Positions 50,401 to 59,713 of a stretch of 64,000 nt of DNA are shown piece after piece (position 1 is the first letter of the stretch; each line of letters starts with the position of its first letter). Below the pieces are notes generated by a model, which did no database searches, was not told the origin of the DNA, and saw nothing but the letters and a program-made list of their open reading frames with translations. The DNA lies in IMG/VR virus record IMGVR_UViG_2630968832_000009, positions 3,088 to 67,087 of that record. The stretch is one strand, 5' to 3'. This stretch comes from a virus. Its lineage: Duplodnaviria > Caudoviricetes. Both the position numbers and the translations under genes were made by a program.

Positions 50401-50742
50401 TATGTGGATGATGGAATTGGCAGCAACGCCGGCAGTGAGCTGATCGTGCGAGCGCCTAAGCATGGAAGGCTTACATCTCTTGAATTAGGTTCAGGTGTTA
50501 TCCCCGCGCAGGCAACAAAAAATCTAATCGCGATGGCAAAGTCTCCTCAAGCAATGCTGCAAGAACAGTTCAAGAATTTGTTTAACAATCAGATGTTGGC
50601 AGCTAATACAGTTGGTACAAACAAAATCTTCGAATTCAAATTTGGAGATATTATCATGCATGGCGTGAATGATACAACGTCGTTCGCTAAAATACTCACT
50701 CGCGAGTTCCCCGCTATCTTGAAGCAGGAGCTCGGGCGGTGA
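47446..50742 (+). CDS. Tape measure protein, exon 3
   Basis: Long coiled coil ending YANGT...GSELIV...GSGVIPA; no RBS before 47443. Confidence 0.88.
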   Translation: MFTLFDFDVEQAKNGILDFGESISFLGKSLSSIKDDFSGNGFSGFVNGLKTLFVSQSKRDASLHLETDIKALSEYVDAVQNGTNAGKAFDDTMKNASTTAINYARSTDAPKVSVQEFTAMQKAATLSTIGLKAATVALNMAISMGIGVAINFAISALDDYIHRHERLIEAAEKEASDYNSLSSELKSLDDQMESNSDRIKELQSLGTLTFVEQEELDNLQEANEKLETQLNLKNALANIEYGEARDAAIKVIDDKSEVVQEFDSNGLYIGSYDATRSEKIKANVSDLDHIDSEIQRYLSEYVEALKANFIGDFEFSTKEDYEEQIKELREGRQLVLDETLKLQAALQEQADVLIGDDDASRKYRDEVKQSGIILDDYLGNSATQKTNDFNSVFDNNQFAKEKEQLEDLAKQGKLTADVFDNTDAYDSLVEALEVLGISIEDIANQFNALAESEAGAQESFDPEKFESLNSEFGDQISNVDALYNGYQSLTTAIDEYNTYGYMTAETLSSLANSGMIQYLEATATGLSINTDALLQNAEAAKVSAINALQNSVAQQLVALAAGDVAIAAPGAGDAIVAAGEMAAASAAGFKTASAAAAETTIFLEGVRDAQAGNAVDPDAYRDRADQLIANAQAVADSIAKIDIASAGYQKAMAGNAKSTGSAKSAAEEYVESLKKEKEALQDVKNELDDQKDAYDSVIRAVQKALDKEIEALEKQKDALSDPDIEGSYGNRINLIQMEIDALNNLRDAKEREIAVEKAKAELERLKDQKTLRVYMEGEGFVWRTDESAIRDAQEALDKAELDKQISDLEDAKEKLEDMLEQEEEALDKNIEKLQEYKDKWGEIADAYQDEQDRLMAAQVLGQNWEVEILNGRIETLTSFRDKYISIMAEIAAKVEEIEALERRIKEAQNSIGSSSGNSGGGGSGATNASLPRYRVVNTRYGTVSRSGFTTQSAAQEYIKTLGASQGFFRIEKYANGTMFSPTTLAYVDDGIGSNAGSELIVRAPKHGRLTSLELGSGVIPAQATKNLIAMAKSPQAMLQEQFKNLFNNQMLAANTVGTNKIFEFKFGDIIMHGVNDTTSFAKILTREFPAILKQELGR

Positions 50743-50772
50743 TTAGTAAACAAATGTTTGACATCAATTTAA

Positions 50773-51177
50773 ACGGACGTTAAGGGATATCCAGACAGTT
50801 GCCCTCCAGCCATATTTGATTCAGAAGAAGTACTTGGGAAACTTTCCAGCGCGACTCCGAATATAATAAATCAGATAGTTGCGAAAGCACAACAGGAGTA
50901 TTTACGCCCTATCACACAATCAGTAGCAACATTGCCAATTGAGGAGCTTGCTTTGTTGGCAGAATCGATGATAAATATTACGTCACTTCGTCGGAAAGTT
51001 GCAATCGATAATAATATTGGTACTGTGGGTGGCCCAATTGATGTTGGTATGATAACTAAAAGTGATGGTTTTATTTGGATAAAGCGTAAGCACTATTTCG
51101 ATCAATCGTATAATCTTCAGTACTTCTACTCACATTATATGCGTGAAGGGAGTGTAGGAAGTGAACATCATGAATGA
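50773..51177 (+). pseudogene. C-terminal remnant of Ntn-hydrolase/proteasome-beta-like protein
   Basis: LPIEELALLAESMINITSLRRK...TVGGPIDVGMITKSDGFIWIKRKHYF; N-terminal portion absent. Confidence 0.65.
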
Positions 51178-51463
51178 TAATATTGAACAGAGGTGTTATT
51201 TGCAATACCTTCTTTCCAAATATATTTCTAGACCTTGTAGTGAATCATTAGCACAAGAATTTGGAACACGATATAATGCAATAAACTGGTGTGTTGGCCC
51301 CCCTCATATAATTATACCTACTACAGAGCAGTATCAATAAACTTATGTTCTCTCAACTTTTTTCACAACTTACAAGAGTCACGCAAATGTGTGGCTCTTT
51401 TTTTGATACACATACTCCAAAATCACCTTAAATATGGTATACTCATATTGAGGTGATTTAAAA

Positions 51464-51628
51464 GTGGATAACAAAACAAAGCATCATGATGATACCAATA
51501 GCAATATTTCTAAAACCAGTTCAAGGTTAACTTTTACACGTACTGTAAATAAACCAGATACCTCTAAGGCGGTCAATGCCAATATTGTTAAGAGCAAAGA
51601 AAAACAAACATCATCAAAAACGGAGTAG
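51464..51628 (+). CDS. Small low-complexity peptide leading the moron
   Basis: 54 aa, GAGGTG RBS, upstream TGnTATACT. Confidence 0.45.
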   Translation: MDNKTKHHDDTNSNISKTSSRLTFTRTVNKPDTSKAVNANIVKSKEKQTSSKTE

Positions 51629-51632
51629 CAAA

Positions 51633-52274
51633 ATGCCATCGTTAGAAATCTTCCATTCAATCCCAGAAATACTGTCTTATTTTTTCCCAGGGTTTGTTTC
51701 TATTTCTATTTTCTTATTTTTAAGCTCAAACGAACTGGAATATAGCCATATAAACGTTTATAGTATTTGCATTAGCTATGCAATAAAAGTTTTAATTGAT
51801 TCTATTTTATACAAGTTCAACTTAATTTACACTACTGGTTTGATCTATGTTATATATTTATGCTTTGGCGTTGTATCCGGCTATATTGTGTACTGTATAT
51901 ATAGGAATCCAAAGATAAAAAAAGCATTATCAAAGTTTGCAAACAAGTCACAAAACAATAACATATGGAATGATATTATTGATCATAAATTTGGCACCAG
52001 CCTTATATTGTATCCATCGTTCAATAATGACTCGTACATTGTTGGCACTTTAGTAGAATACGAAGAAAACGGAACAGAATCTTGGTTTGCACTACAGGAC
52101 TATTATGTATATGAAAATGGAAATAAAAGAGCATCTTCTGATGATTATTCATATCCGGCAATAATCGCGGTGCAGCTTTCTCATATAGATCATGTAGAAA
52201 TTCTGTATCCAAGTGAAAATTCAGAAGTCGTTATGACTTATAACCTTCAAACAAGCAGCAAAGCAGCCGAATAA
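51633..52274 (+). CDS. Membrane protein moron (3 TM + soluble C-domain)
   Basis: YFFPGF start, three hydrophobic segments, IWNDI motif; AT-rich; flanked by twin terminators. Confidence 0.7.
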   Translation: MPSLEIFHSIPEILSYFFPGFVSISIFLFLSSNELEYSHINVYSICISYAIKVLIDSILYKFNLIYTTGLIYVIYLCFGVVSGYIVYCIYRNPKIKKALSKFANKSQNNNIWNDIIDHKFGTSLILYPSFNNDSYIVGTLVEYEENGTESWFALQDYYVYENGNKRASSDDYSYPAIIAVQLSHIDHVEILYPSENSEVVMTYNLQTSSKAAE

Positions 52275-52382
52275 ATCGTTTAACAGTAGCCATTTGCCTG
52301 TTGCTTTTGATAAAACAATAAGATTTATGGAAAGAGTCACACTAGCATGTGACTCTTTTTTATTACAAAGGAGGCATGTCTT

Positions 52383-53783
52383 ATGACTCCTTCTGAACAT
52401 GATGAACTACAAAAGGCATTACGCGTACTCGCAGAGCGCATTGTGAAAACATGCCGCGAGGAAATTGAGAAAGCTCATTTTGATAAAACATATACAGCTA
52501 AAATTGTTGGAGTCAAATCCAACAATCAATATGTTGTCGAATATAACGGAAAACAGCTTACTGTAAAAGGACAGCCCAGCGCACGTTTTAATCTTGGAGA
52601 TTACGTGCGTATTTTGTCGCCGCAAAATAACATCAAAAATACTATTATCATTCCTAAAACCGGAAGTTCTGGAGACCCGTCAGAGGGCGGCAATTCCCAT
52701 ACACATTCAAATCTTGATGTATTGCATCAGCTTACTCAAAAAATGATTGATAATATGGGAGATCTGAAAGCGTTGGCCTTTAAAAGCAACGTCGATTTTT
52801 CTGATCTCACTGCTGAGTTATTGGCTGAAATAAACAAAATTTCAAGTAAAGCCAATCTCACTGATATCGTTCAAACTGATTGGGCAGAGGCAAACAGCTC
52901 ATCAAAGGCATTCTTAAAGAACAAGCCATCTTCCCTACCTGCAAGTGATGTATATTCGTGGGCGAAGCAACCTAACAAGCCAACTTACACAGCTAGTGAA
53001 GTTGGCGCATTACCTGCCGATACAGAGTTGCATACTCACTCTAACAAGTCTGTTCTTGATAAAATAACGCAAACACTGATTGGTGCATGGAATAGTGCCG
53101 CGTCCCATGTAAGCGATGCTGTAAAACACATCACTTCTGCCGAAAGGACATTGTGGAACTCAGTAAAAGATAAAGCAAACACATCAGATGTACTCACCAA
53201 AACGAACACGACACAATATTCCCCTACTTCAAATTATCATCCTGCTACAAAGAAGTATGTCGATGATTACGTCCAAGACCATTCGCCTGGAGATATGCTC
53301 AAAAGCATATATGATACTAATAATGATGGTATTGTAGATAAGGCGGCGCATTCCAATAACGCAGACCGAATTAGCGGCAAAGAAGTAAATGACTCTTTGG
53401 ATACAGGCGTTATTTGGACGGCAGATCGTATCAAAGCCGAGTTGGAGCAAAATCTTCCGATACAGCTTCTACAATGGTCTGGTACTGTTACGTCCAACCA
53501 AGTGATTGATTTTGGCATTCCGACTTCAGAAGGATATAAAACAAATTCACTGGAAGTATTGATGCGATTGGATGACGGGAAATTAACAAAAGCGATCCAC
53601 GCAATAGATTATGGATATACATATAGAGATACGTCACACATTGAAATAAGATTTTTCAATGCTGGTACATACACTGTCAATTATGGCTATTGTGCGTTAG
53701 GCACTTTAACAACAACAAGAATTGATTCATCAGAACCAGTAAACTTAAACGCCAACGATATTTGGCTTGAAGTACTGAGCTAA
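52383..53783 (+). CDS. Tail/baseplate protein with fibre repeats
   Basis: N-terminal FDKTYTAKI OB-like domain; HTHSNK and WAKQPNKPTYTASEVGA repeats. Confidence 0.75.
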   Translation: MTPSEHDELQKALRVLAERIVKTCREEIEKAHFDKTYTAKIVGVKSNNQYVVEYNGKQLTVKGQPSARFNLGDYVRILSPQNNIKNTIIIPKTGSSGDPSEGGNSHTHSNLDVLHQLTQKMIDNMGDLKALAFKSNVDFSDLTAELLAEINKISSKANLTDIVQTDWAEANSSSKAFLKNKPSSLPASDVYSWAKQPNKPTYTASEVGALPADTELHTHSNKSVLDKITQTLIGAWNSAASHVSDAVKHITSAERTLWNSVKDKANTSDVLTKTNTTQYSPTSNYHPATKKYVDDYVQDHSPGDMLKSIYDTNNDGIVDKAAHSNNADRISGKEVNDSLDTGVIWTADRIKAELEQNLPIQLLQWSGTVTSNQVIDFGIPTSEGYKTNSLEVLMRLDDGKLTKAIHAIDYGYTYRDTSHIEIRFFNAGTYTVNYGYCALGTLTTTRIDSSEPVNLNANDIWLEVLS

Positions 53784-53798
53784 AGATTGGAGGCCCGT

Positions 53799-55094
53799 AT
53801 GAGCTATTTTAAAATTAAACGAGACAGTAATACTCCAGTAGAACTTGGTGTATTAGTCGAAAACGTCGAGGGACTTGATGAAAGGCTTGCTCTAAAGGTT
53901 GATAAGGTTGAAGGTAAGGGGCTTTCTACAAACGATTATACAACAACTGAGAAAAATAACGTTGCAAGCAACACTGCAGCGCGGCACTCTCATGGAAACA
54001 AATCTGTAATTGACAAAATTACACAGGCGCTATTGGACAATTGGAATGCAGCATTTTCTCATATCTCGGATGCTGTAAAGCATATCACTGCCTCTGAGCG
54101 CACTTTATGGAACACTGTATCTTCAAAGGCCAATAAGTCCGATGTGCTTACCAAAACAAACACTACAGAATACACGCCTACATCAGATTATAACCCCTCT
54201 ACAAAGAAGTATGTCGATGACGCAATTGCCGACAAGGGTGTAGGAAATATGCTTAAAAGCGTTTACGACATAAATGATAATGGTGTCGTAGACAACGCAG
54301 AAAAGGTAAACGGACTCACTGTTCTTACCGCTGTGCCAGCAAACGCTAAATTTACGGATACTATTTATACGCATCCAACATCCTCTGGCAATAAACATAT
54401 TCCTTCCGGTGGCGCAAGCGGTCAGATATTAAAATGGAGTGCAGACGGAACAGCCGTATGGGGTTCGGAAAAAGTTTACACACACCCTAATAGCGGTGTT
54501 ACTGCCGGCACATACAAAAGCGTGACCGTAAACGATCAGGGCCATGTTACTGCTGGTTCCAATCCTACGACACTGGCGGGTTATGGAATTACTGATGCTG
54601 CATCAAAAACTCATTCTCATACCAAAAGTCAAATTACTGACTTTCCTACCTCTTTACCGGCCAATGGCGGCAATGCAGACACTGTAGATAAAGTACATGT
54701 AAATGATTCGGGTTCCGGTAACGTCCTTTGGACAGCTTCTCGAATACAAGAAGAGCTTCAGTCAAATCTTCCTACTGGTGTTGTTCACTGGAGCGGAACT
54801 GTGACTGCTGGTAAGGAAATAGAAATTGTAATTCCACATACGGATGATTTCAAGACATGCTCTGTTGAGATTTTGGCTCAAAGAAATAGCATATGGGAAA
54901 AAGCAATTCATGGTATTGATTATAACTACGCAATTGTAGATGCAACACATATTTCTGTTATCTTTCTGCTTGCAGGAACATTCATTGCCAATTATGCGTT
55001 CTGCGCGCAAGGGCATGTACAGTTAATCGAAGTCAGCAATAGCGAACCCGCATCACTTAAGAGTGGAGATTTCTGGTACGAGGTTCTGTCGTAA
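53799..55094 (+). CDS. Tail fibre protein
   Basis: KVDKVEGKGLSTNDYT, YTHP, NPTTLAGYGITDA, HSHTKSQITDFP repeats. Confidence 0.85.
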   Translation: MSYFKIKRDSNTPVELGVLVENVEGLDERLALKVDKVEGKGLSTNDYTTTEKNNVASNTAARHSHGNKSVIDKITQALLDNWNAAFSHISDAVKHITASERTLWNTVSSKANKSDVLTKTNTTEYTPTSDYNPSTKKYVDDAIADKGVGNMLKSVYDINDNGVVDNAEKVNGLTVLTAVPANAKFTDTIYTHPTSSGNKHIPSGGASGQILKWSADGTAVWGSEKVYTHPNSGVTAGTYKSVTVNDQGHVTAGSNPTTLAGYGITDAASKTHSHTKSQITDFPTSLPANGGNADTVDKVHVNDSGSGNVLWTASRIQEELQSNLPTGVVHWSGTVTAGKEIEIVIPHTDDFKTCSVEILAQRNSIWEKAIHGIDYNYAIVDATHISVIFLLAGTFIANYAFCAQGHVQLIEVSNSEPASLKSGDFWYEVLS

Positions 55095-55110
55095 GAGGGG
55101 TGGGTTGATA

Positions 55111-57171
55111 TTGGCAAATAAATTTAAGCGGTTCAATAAAACAAACGAAGAAATCATTGTAAAAAGCGAGAATGTCGAAGGCCTCTCTTCTCTTCTGTCC
55201 AATAAAGTGTCTGTCGTAACCGGCAAACAATTATCTACAAATGATTTTACCAACACAGACAAGTCGAATGTTTCCGCTAACACATCTGCACGCCATACAC
55301 ATTCCAATAAAGGCATAATCGATGAAATCACTCAAGCTTTTATTAACAACTGGACTGCAGCATACACTCATATATCTGACACAGTAAAACACATCACGGC
55401 AGCGGAACGAACAAAGTGGAATGGAGCTGCTACAAGTCAACACACACATTCAAATAAAAGTGTATTAGATGGAATAACGTCCACGTTGGTATCCAATTGG
55501 AATTCTGCATATACACATATTTCTGACGCTATTAAGCATATAACGGCAACCGAACGAACAAACTGGAATAGCGCAAAAAGTAAGGCGGACGCGGCACTTC
55601 CTGCTTCCAGCTATACCGCTGCAGATATATTGAAAAAGTTACTGACAGTAGATGGTTCTGGCTCAAAACTTGATGCAGATTTGCTTGATGGCAAGGAAGC
55701 AACAAATTTCGCGTCATCAACGCATACACATACGGTATCCTCTATTGGTGCGGCTAATGCAAAACATAATCATTCTACTCTCGATATTGTGCGCGGTGGC
55801 AACGAAAATTGGGCTGGCAATATTGGTTCGACCGATAGAGGAATGATCAATACGGCACGTAGTCCTAAAAGTGCCTTTCTTCCTGCAAACTGCATCACTG
55901 TAGAATATTCGTCCGATGCCGGAAAAACGTGGGAAGATTACGGCCTGAGCGAAACGCAGAAACGCGATTTATTCTCAATGACATCCAACTATAGTGTTAA
56001 GTTGTCAAAAAGTTCACCGGTTTCCACAAACGACTGCGTACGGATCACGATTGAACCTCTGGACCGATACGCAAGTTTTGATCAGCTGTACATTTGGTTT
56101 TCGACCGGGTCACATACTTGTGCGCTCGACTTGGAACGATCCACAATTGGCGCAAAAGACACTTTTTCGTTTATTCGTAAGGATGTGCCTCTCGGTGGAT
56201 GGTCAGGGCCTAATGTGATCAACTTCCCTTACGGAACATTTGGCGGCAACCACAGTCAGACTAGCAACGCCTACAAGTACCGGATGACATTCAAAACCAC
56301 GAAACTCGGTAGCAGCACCACGCAATCTCCGTGGATTAGCGACATTCGATTTTATGGCGATAGCGCATGGGGAATTCCCAATGATATGGTGAAAGGCGAC
56401 TATCCATTCTCCTGGGACCGGGATATGAATGTGAATTTCTCGAAGCAGCTGAAAGAACAAGGAAAGCGCGTTTATTCAGACAATAACAAACCAACACCTG
56501 CCGCCATCGGCGCGGCAACTGCTGAGCAAGGCATAAAGGCTGATGCGGCATTGCCAAAAAGCGGCGGTACAATGACTGGATTTATTACGCTTCATGCAGC
56601 ACCTACAGCTAACATGCATCCGGCTACTAAAAAATACGTGGACGATAAAATGATAGCTGCTGGTAACGGTGATATGACGAAGGCCGTATATGATGCAAAT
56701 GGTGATGGAGTCGTAGATAAAGCTGAGACTGTTCCATGGTCGGGCGTGACGGGAAAACCCAACACGTTCCCGCCGTCCACGCACAAACACACAAAGAGTG
56801 AAATCACGGATTTCCCAGTATCGCTTAAGAACCCCGCAGCACTGGCAATCAGCTTGAACGGTACGAGCCAAGGTACATACGATGGAAGTGTGGCCAAATC
56901 TGTAAACATTACACCCGCAGGTATTGGTGCCTTGGGCAGAACAGAGAAAGCAGCCGATTCGTCAAAACTTGCGGGACTTACGCCTGTTGTAGACAACCCC
57001 GGTCCGAGCAACCGGAATACGTGGTATTTTCCTTTTACCGGAACCAATAACAAAGATGGTACGCGGAAATATTACGCTGCGCTGTATGCTGACCATGCAA
57101 CAACATCTGGACGTGCAAACAATCTTTCCATGGGGCTAAACGGTTCTGATTTATGGGTGTACTACAGTTGA
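55111..57171 (+). CDS. Tail fibre protein
   Basis: HTHSNK repeats, GSKLDADLLDG, LPKSGGTMTG, HPATKKYVD. Confidence 0.85.
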   Translation: MANKFKRFNKTNEEIIVKSENVEGLSSLLSNKVSVVTGKQLSTNDFTNTDKSNVSANTSARHTHSNKGIIDEITQAFINNWTAAYTHISDTVKHITAAERTKWNGAATSQHTHSNKSVLDGITSTLVSNWNSAYTHISDAIKHITATERTNWNSAKSKADAALPASSYTAADILKKLLTVDGSGSKLDADLLDGKEATNFASSTHTHTVSSIGAANAKHNHSTLDIVRGGNENWAGNIGSTDRGMINTARSPKSAFLPANCITVEYSSDAGKTWEDYGLSETQKRDLFSMTSNYSVKLSKSSPVSTNDCVRITIEPLDRYASFDQLYIWFSTGSHTCALDLERSTIGAKDTFSFIRKDVPLGGWSGPNVINFPYGTFGGNHSQTSNAYKYRMTFKTTKLGSSTTQSPWISDIRFYGDSAWGIPNDMVKGDYPFSWDRDMNVNFSKQLKEQGKRVYSDNNKPTPAAIGAATAEQGIKADAALPKSGGTMTGFITLHAAPTANMHPATKKYVDDKMIAAGNGDMTKAVYDANGDGVVDKAETVPWSGVTGKPNTFPPSTHKHTKSEITDFPVSLKNPAALAISLNGTSQGTYDGSVAKSVNITPAGIGALGRTEKAADSSKLAGLTPVVDNPGPSNRNTWYFPFTGTNNKDGTRKYYAALYADHATTSGRANNLSMGLNGSDLWVYYS

Positions 57172-57184
57172 GGGGGCGAATGAC

Positions 57185-57739
57185 GTGAGTTATCGCCAAA
57201 ATGATATACTTATCCCCGAGTCGAGCTATATCCGGTTTAACGATGTGCAGTTAAAAAAGTATTATTTCAACGATGTGCTTGTATGGCAGCGGCAACAGAA
57301 AATATACCCCGGAATACCAGTGGCAAAGACGCAGAACCTTGGATATTCACCATATTTCACTGTGACAAACCTAGGCTATCATATTAAGGTAGACGCATTC
57401 GGCGGTACTGAACGCGGATGGGGCCGCGTGATGCTCGGTCCATTCAGTTCTATAGGATATTCAAAACTGTTCTTTGCAAACCTGCACGCGTACATCACCA
57501 ATGCTTTTTCAAAAATAGCGGTGTCTCTTGGCGACATCAATGGGAATTGGGTTCAACGTCTTATCGCTTATGATACAGGGGAATCACTTGGCGGATATGA
57601 TAGAACATTCGTATCCTCAAATTTGTTTACGATCAACTCGGCCAATGGGAATTATTATCTGATATTAGAAGTGGATTCTGGAGCTACTTCGCGCGGTTTA
57701 AATGCAACTATCGAAATGAACGGCTGCTATCTGATTTGA
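57185..57739 (+). CDS. Putative fibre tip/receptor-binding protein, paralogue 1
   Basis: 184 aa, strongly similar to 62016-62567. Confidence 0.6.
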   Translation: MSYRQNDILIPESSYIRFNDVQLKKYYFNDVLVWQRQQKIYPGIPVAKTQNLGYSPYFTVTNLGYHIKVDAFGGTERGWGRVMLGPFSSIGYSKLFFANLHAYITNAFSKIAVSLGDINGNWVQRLIAYDTGESLGGYDRTFVSSNLFTINSANGNYYLILEVDSGATSRGLNATIEMNGCYLI

Positions 57740-57771
57740 AATATATAATTATCTTGAGGGTGGTGATAAAA

Positions 57772-58815
57772 ATAAAACCCATATTAAAACCACAAAATGC
57801 GTTTGATGCCACCAAAGAGCACGAGTTCGAATTCTCTTATCCTTCAATTATTTCAAAAAGCAAACTGATTGTATACACCAATTCTAATGAAAAAACCGTT
57901 TATGAGCAAACACAAACCTCTTCAAAGAAAGCATATGTGTTGCCTGCTAAAACACTTTCAAATGGTACATATTACAGCGCTAAAATTTATGTGTATGACG
58001 CGTCAGGAAAAATAAGCGAAGAGAGCAACCATATTGACTTTTATTGTTATAGTGCCCCCATATTGTCAATTAATATAACACCTAACCAAGTGATTGCATA
58101 TGCATCTTATCTATTACAACTGTCATATTTGCAACGCGAAAAAGAACTGCTAAATACATATTCTATTCTCATTAAAGATAACAACGCGAATGACAAAACG
58201 GTTTTTGATTCTGGCGCAAGATACGCCATGCAAGGGTTAGATGTTATGGTGACAGGGCTTGAATCTGGGCATTCTTACACCGCCTATGTGTATTTCGATA
58301 CGGTGAATGGACTACATGCTGAGATTGAACCGGTGACTTTTTCAGTTGAATATTCTTCTCCATACCTTTCTGCATTGCTTTTGGGCCAGAATAATAAATG
58401 CGAAGGCACTGTTTCAATTACTTTTAATATTCACTCAATCATTGGCGAAACCGAAAATGGAGACGCTATCTATATTAACGGCGAAAAGATTGATCTTCGA
58501 AACGATAAAGTTGTGTTTTCCGAAGGAGTTAACTTAGCAGGCGACTACACCATTCAAATTGATTGCAGCGATTTAAACGGATGCACTACAATTATGGAAA
58601 TGAAAAATTCAAACGGCGACCGTGTAACGGTTGAATATATGGAGGATACTTTTTCAAACATAGGGGTAAAAAAAGCCTACTTAGAATTAAAGGCCTATCA
58701 TTCCGGAGTATGCTATGATAAATTAAGCAATTTTATCGATCCGCCCTCAAGTTCTCAAATGGTACATATCTGGATTCGAAAATTCAACAATTTATACGAC
58801 TTAAAGCTTCAGTGA
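57772..58815 (+). CDS. Baseplate protein with FnIII-like domains
   Basis: KPIL...AFDATK N-terminus, beta-rich; probable ATA start. Confidence 0.65.
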   Translation: MKPILKPQNAFDATKEHEFEFSYPSIISKSKLIVYTNSNEKTVYEQTQTSSKKAYVLPAKTLSNGTYYSAKIYVYDASGKISEESNHIDFYCYSAPILSINITPNQVIAYASYLLQLSYLQREKELLNTYSILIKDNNANDKTVFDSGARYAMQGLDVMVTGLESGHSYTAYVYFDTVNGLHAEIEPVTFSVEYSSPYLSALLLGQNNKCEGTVSITFNIHSIIGETENGDAIYINGEKIDLRNDKVVFSEGVNLAGDYTIQIDCSDLNGCTTIMEMKNSNGDRVTVEYMEDTFSNIGVKKAYLELKAYHSGVCYDKLSNFIDPPSSSQMVHIWIRKFNNLYDLKLQ

Positions 58816-58825
58816 GGGTGGTTAT

Positions 58826-59713
58826 ATGCTATTTTTAAGTACAGCCTTTTTAGGTGAGGCACAAACAGCGGCTCCCACTCCGACAAGCGTCGCTCTCATC
58901 AACAATATATCGCTTGGTAACGGCATATTTGACAGATTGAAAATCACAAATGACACTTCATTTGCATATACAATATCTATTTCTGACATTTGGGATATGA
59001 ATACGGTGTTGGACGCAAAATTCAATGGAAACACCCTTGCTGGCAATGTTGATTTCACGGCAGACAACGTTGATATGCTTCGCCTAAAAAAACGTCTAAA
59101 AGGTACAACTGACTGGGCAACCGTTTTTGAAAAAGCGATTCATAAAGCTGCCGATTTTTATGACATCTACATTGACCGATTCGCCGGAAACATGAGATCA
59201 TACGAGTACGCTGTCGTCCCAGTGTATGGAGATATAGAGGGCAATTTAAGCTTGATAGAAGTGCAAAGTGAATTCAAGGGATATTTCATTGCTGATGCAG
59301 AGACTATTTATGGTACCGAGTACAATGTTGCAACGGGGAATGTTTCTAAAAATCAAAATGCACAAGTTGTAAACACACTTGATTCCAAATATCCATATGT
59401 GATATCAAATAGCCAAAATAATTACTATGCGTCTACTTTCGCTGCATTCTTTTTTGTTCCGTCAATGGATTGGTATGACAATACTGATAGGCGTAATCAA
59501 ATTCTAGAGTGGCTGCAAAATCGGAAGGCAAAAATTCTTAAATATGAAGACGGCCGGGTTTGGATGATTCGAGTTACAGGTTCCCCCTCTCTCTCCCCGT
59601 CTGGGCATCGCGAAGTACCATCAATCAATTTTGACTGGGTAGAAATTGGAGATTGCAACAGCACGAATGATTTGGTGAGTAATGGATTGGTAAACGTCGG
59701 TTTGGAGGTGTGA
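58826..59713 (+). CDS. Distal tail-like protein
   Basis: YEYAVVPV, WL.N.KAKILK..DGR.W, FDWVEIG. Confidence 0.65.
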   Translation: MLFLSTAFLGEAQTAAPTPTSVALINNISLGNGIFDRLKITNDTSFAYTISISDIWDMNTVLDAKFNGNTLAGNVDFTADNVDMLRLKKRLKGTTDWATVFEKAIHKAADFYDIYIDRFAGNMRSYEYAVVPVYGDIEGNLSLIEVQSEFKGYFIADAETIYGTEYNVATGNVSKNQNAQVVNTLDSKYPYVISNSQNNYYASTFAAFFFVPSMDWYDNTDRRNQILEWLQNRKAKILKYEDGRVWMIRVTGSPSLSPSGHREVPSINFDWVEIGDCNSTNDLVSNGLVNVGLEV

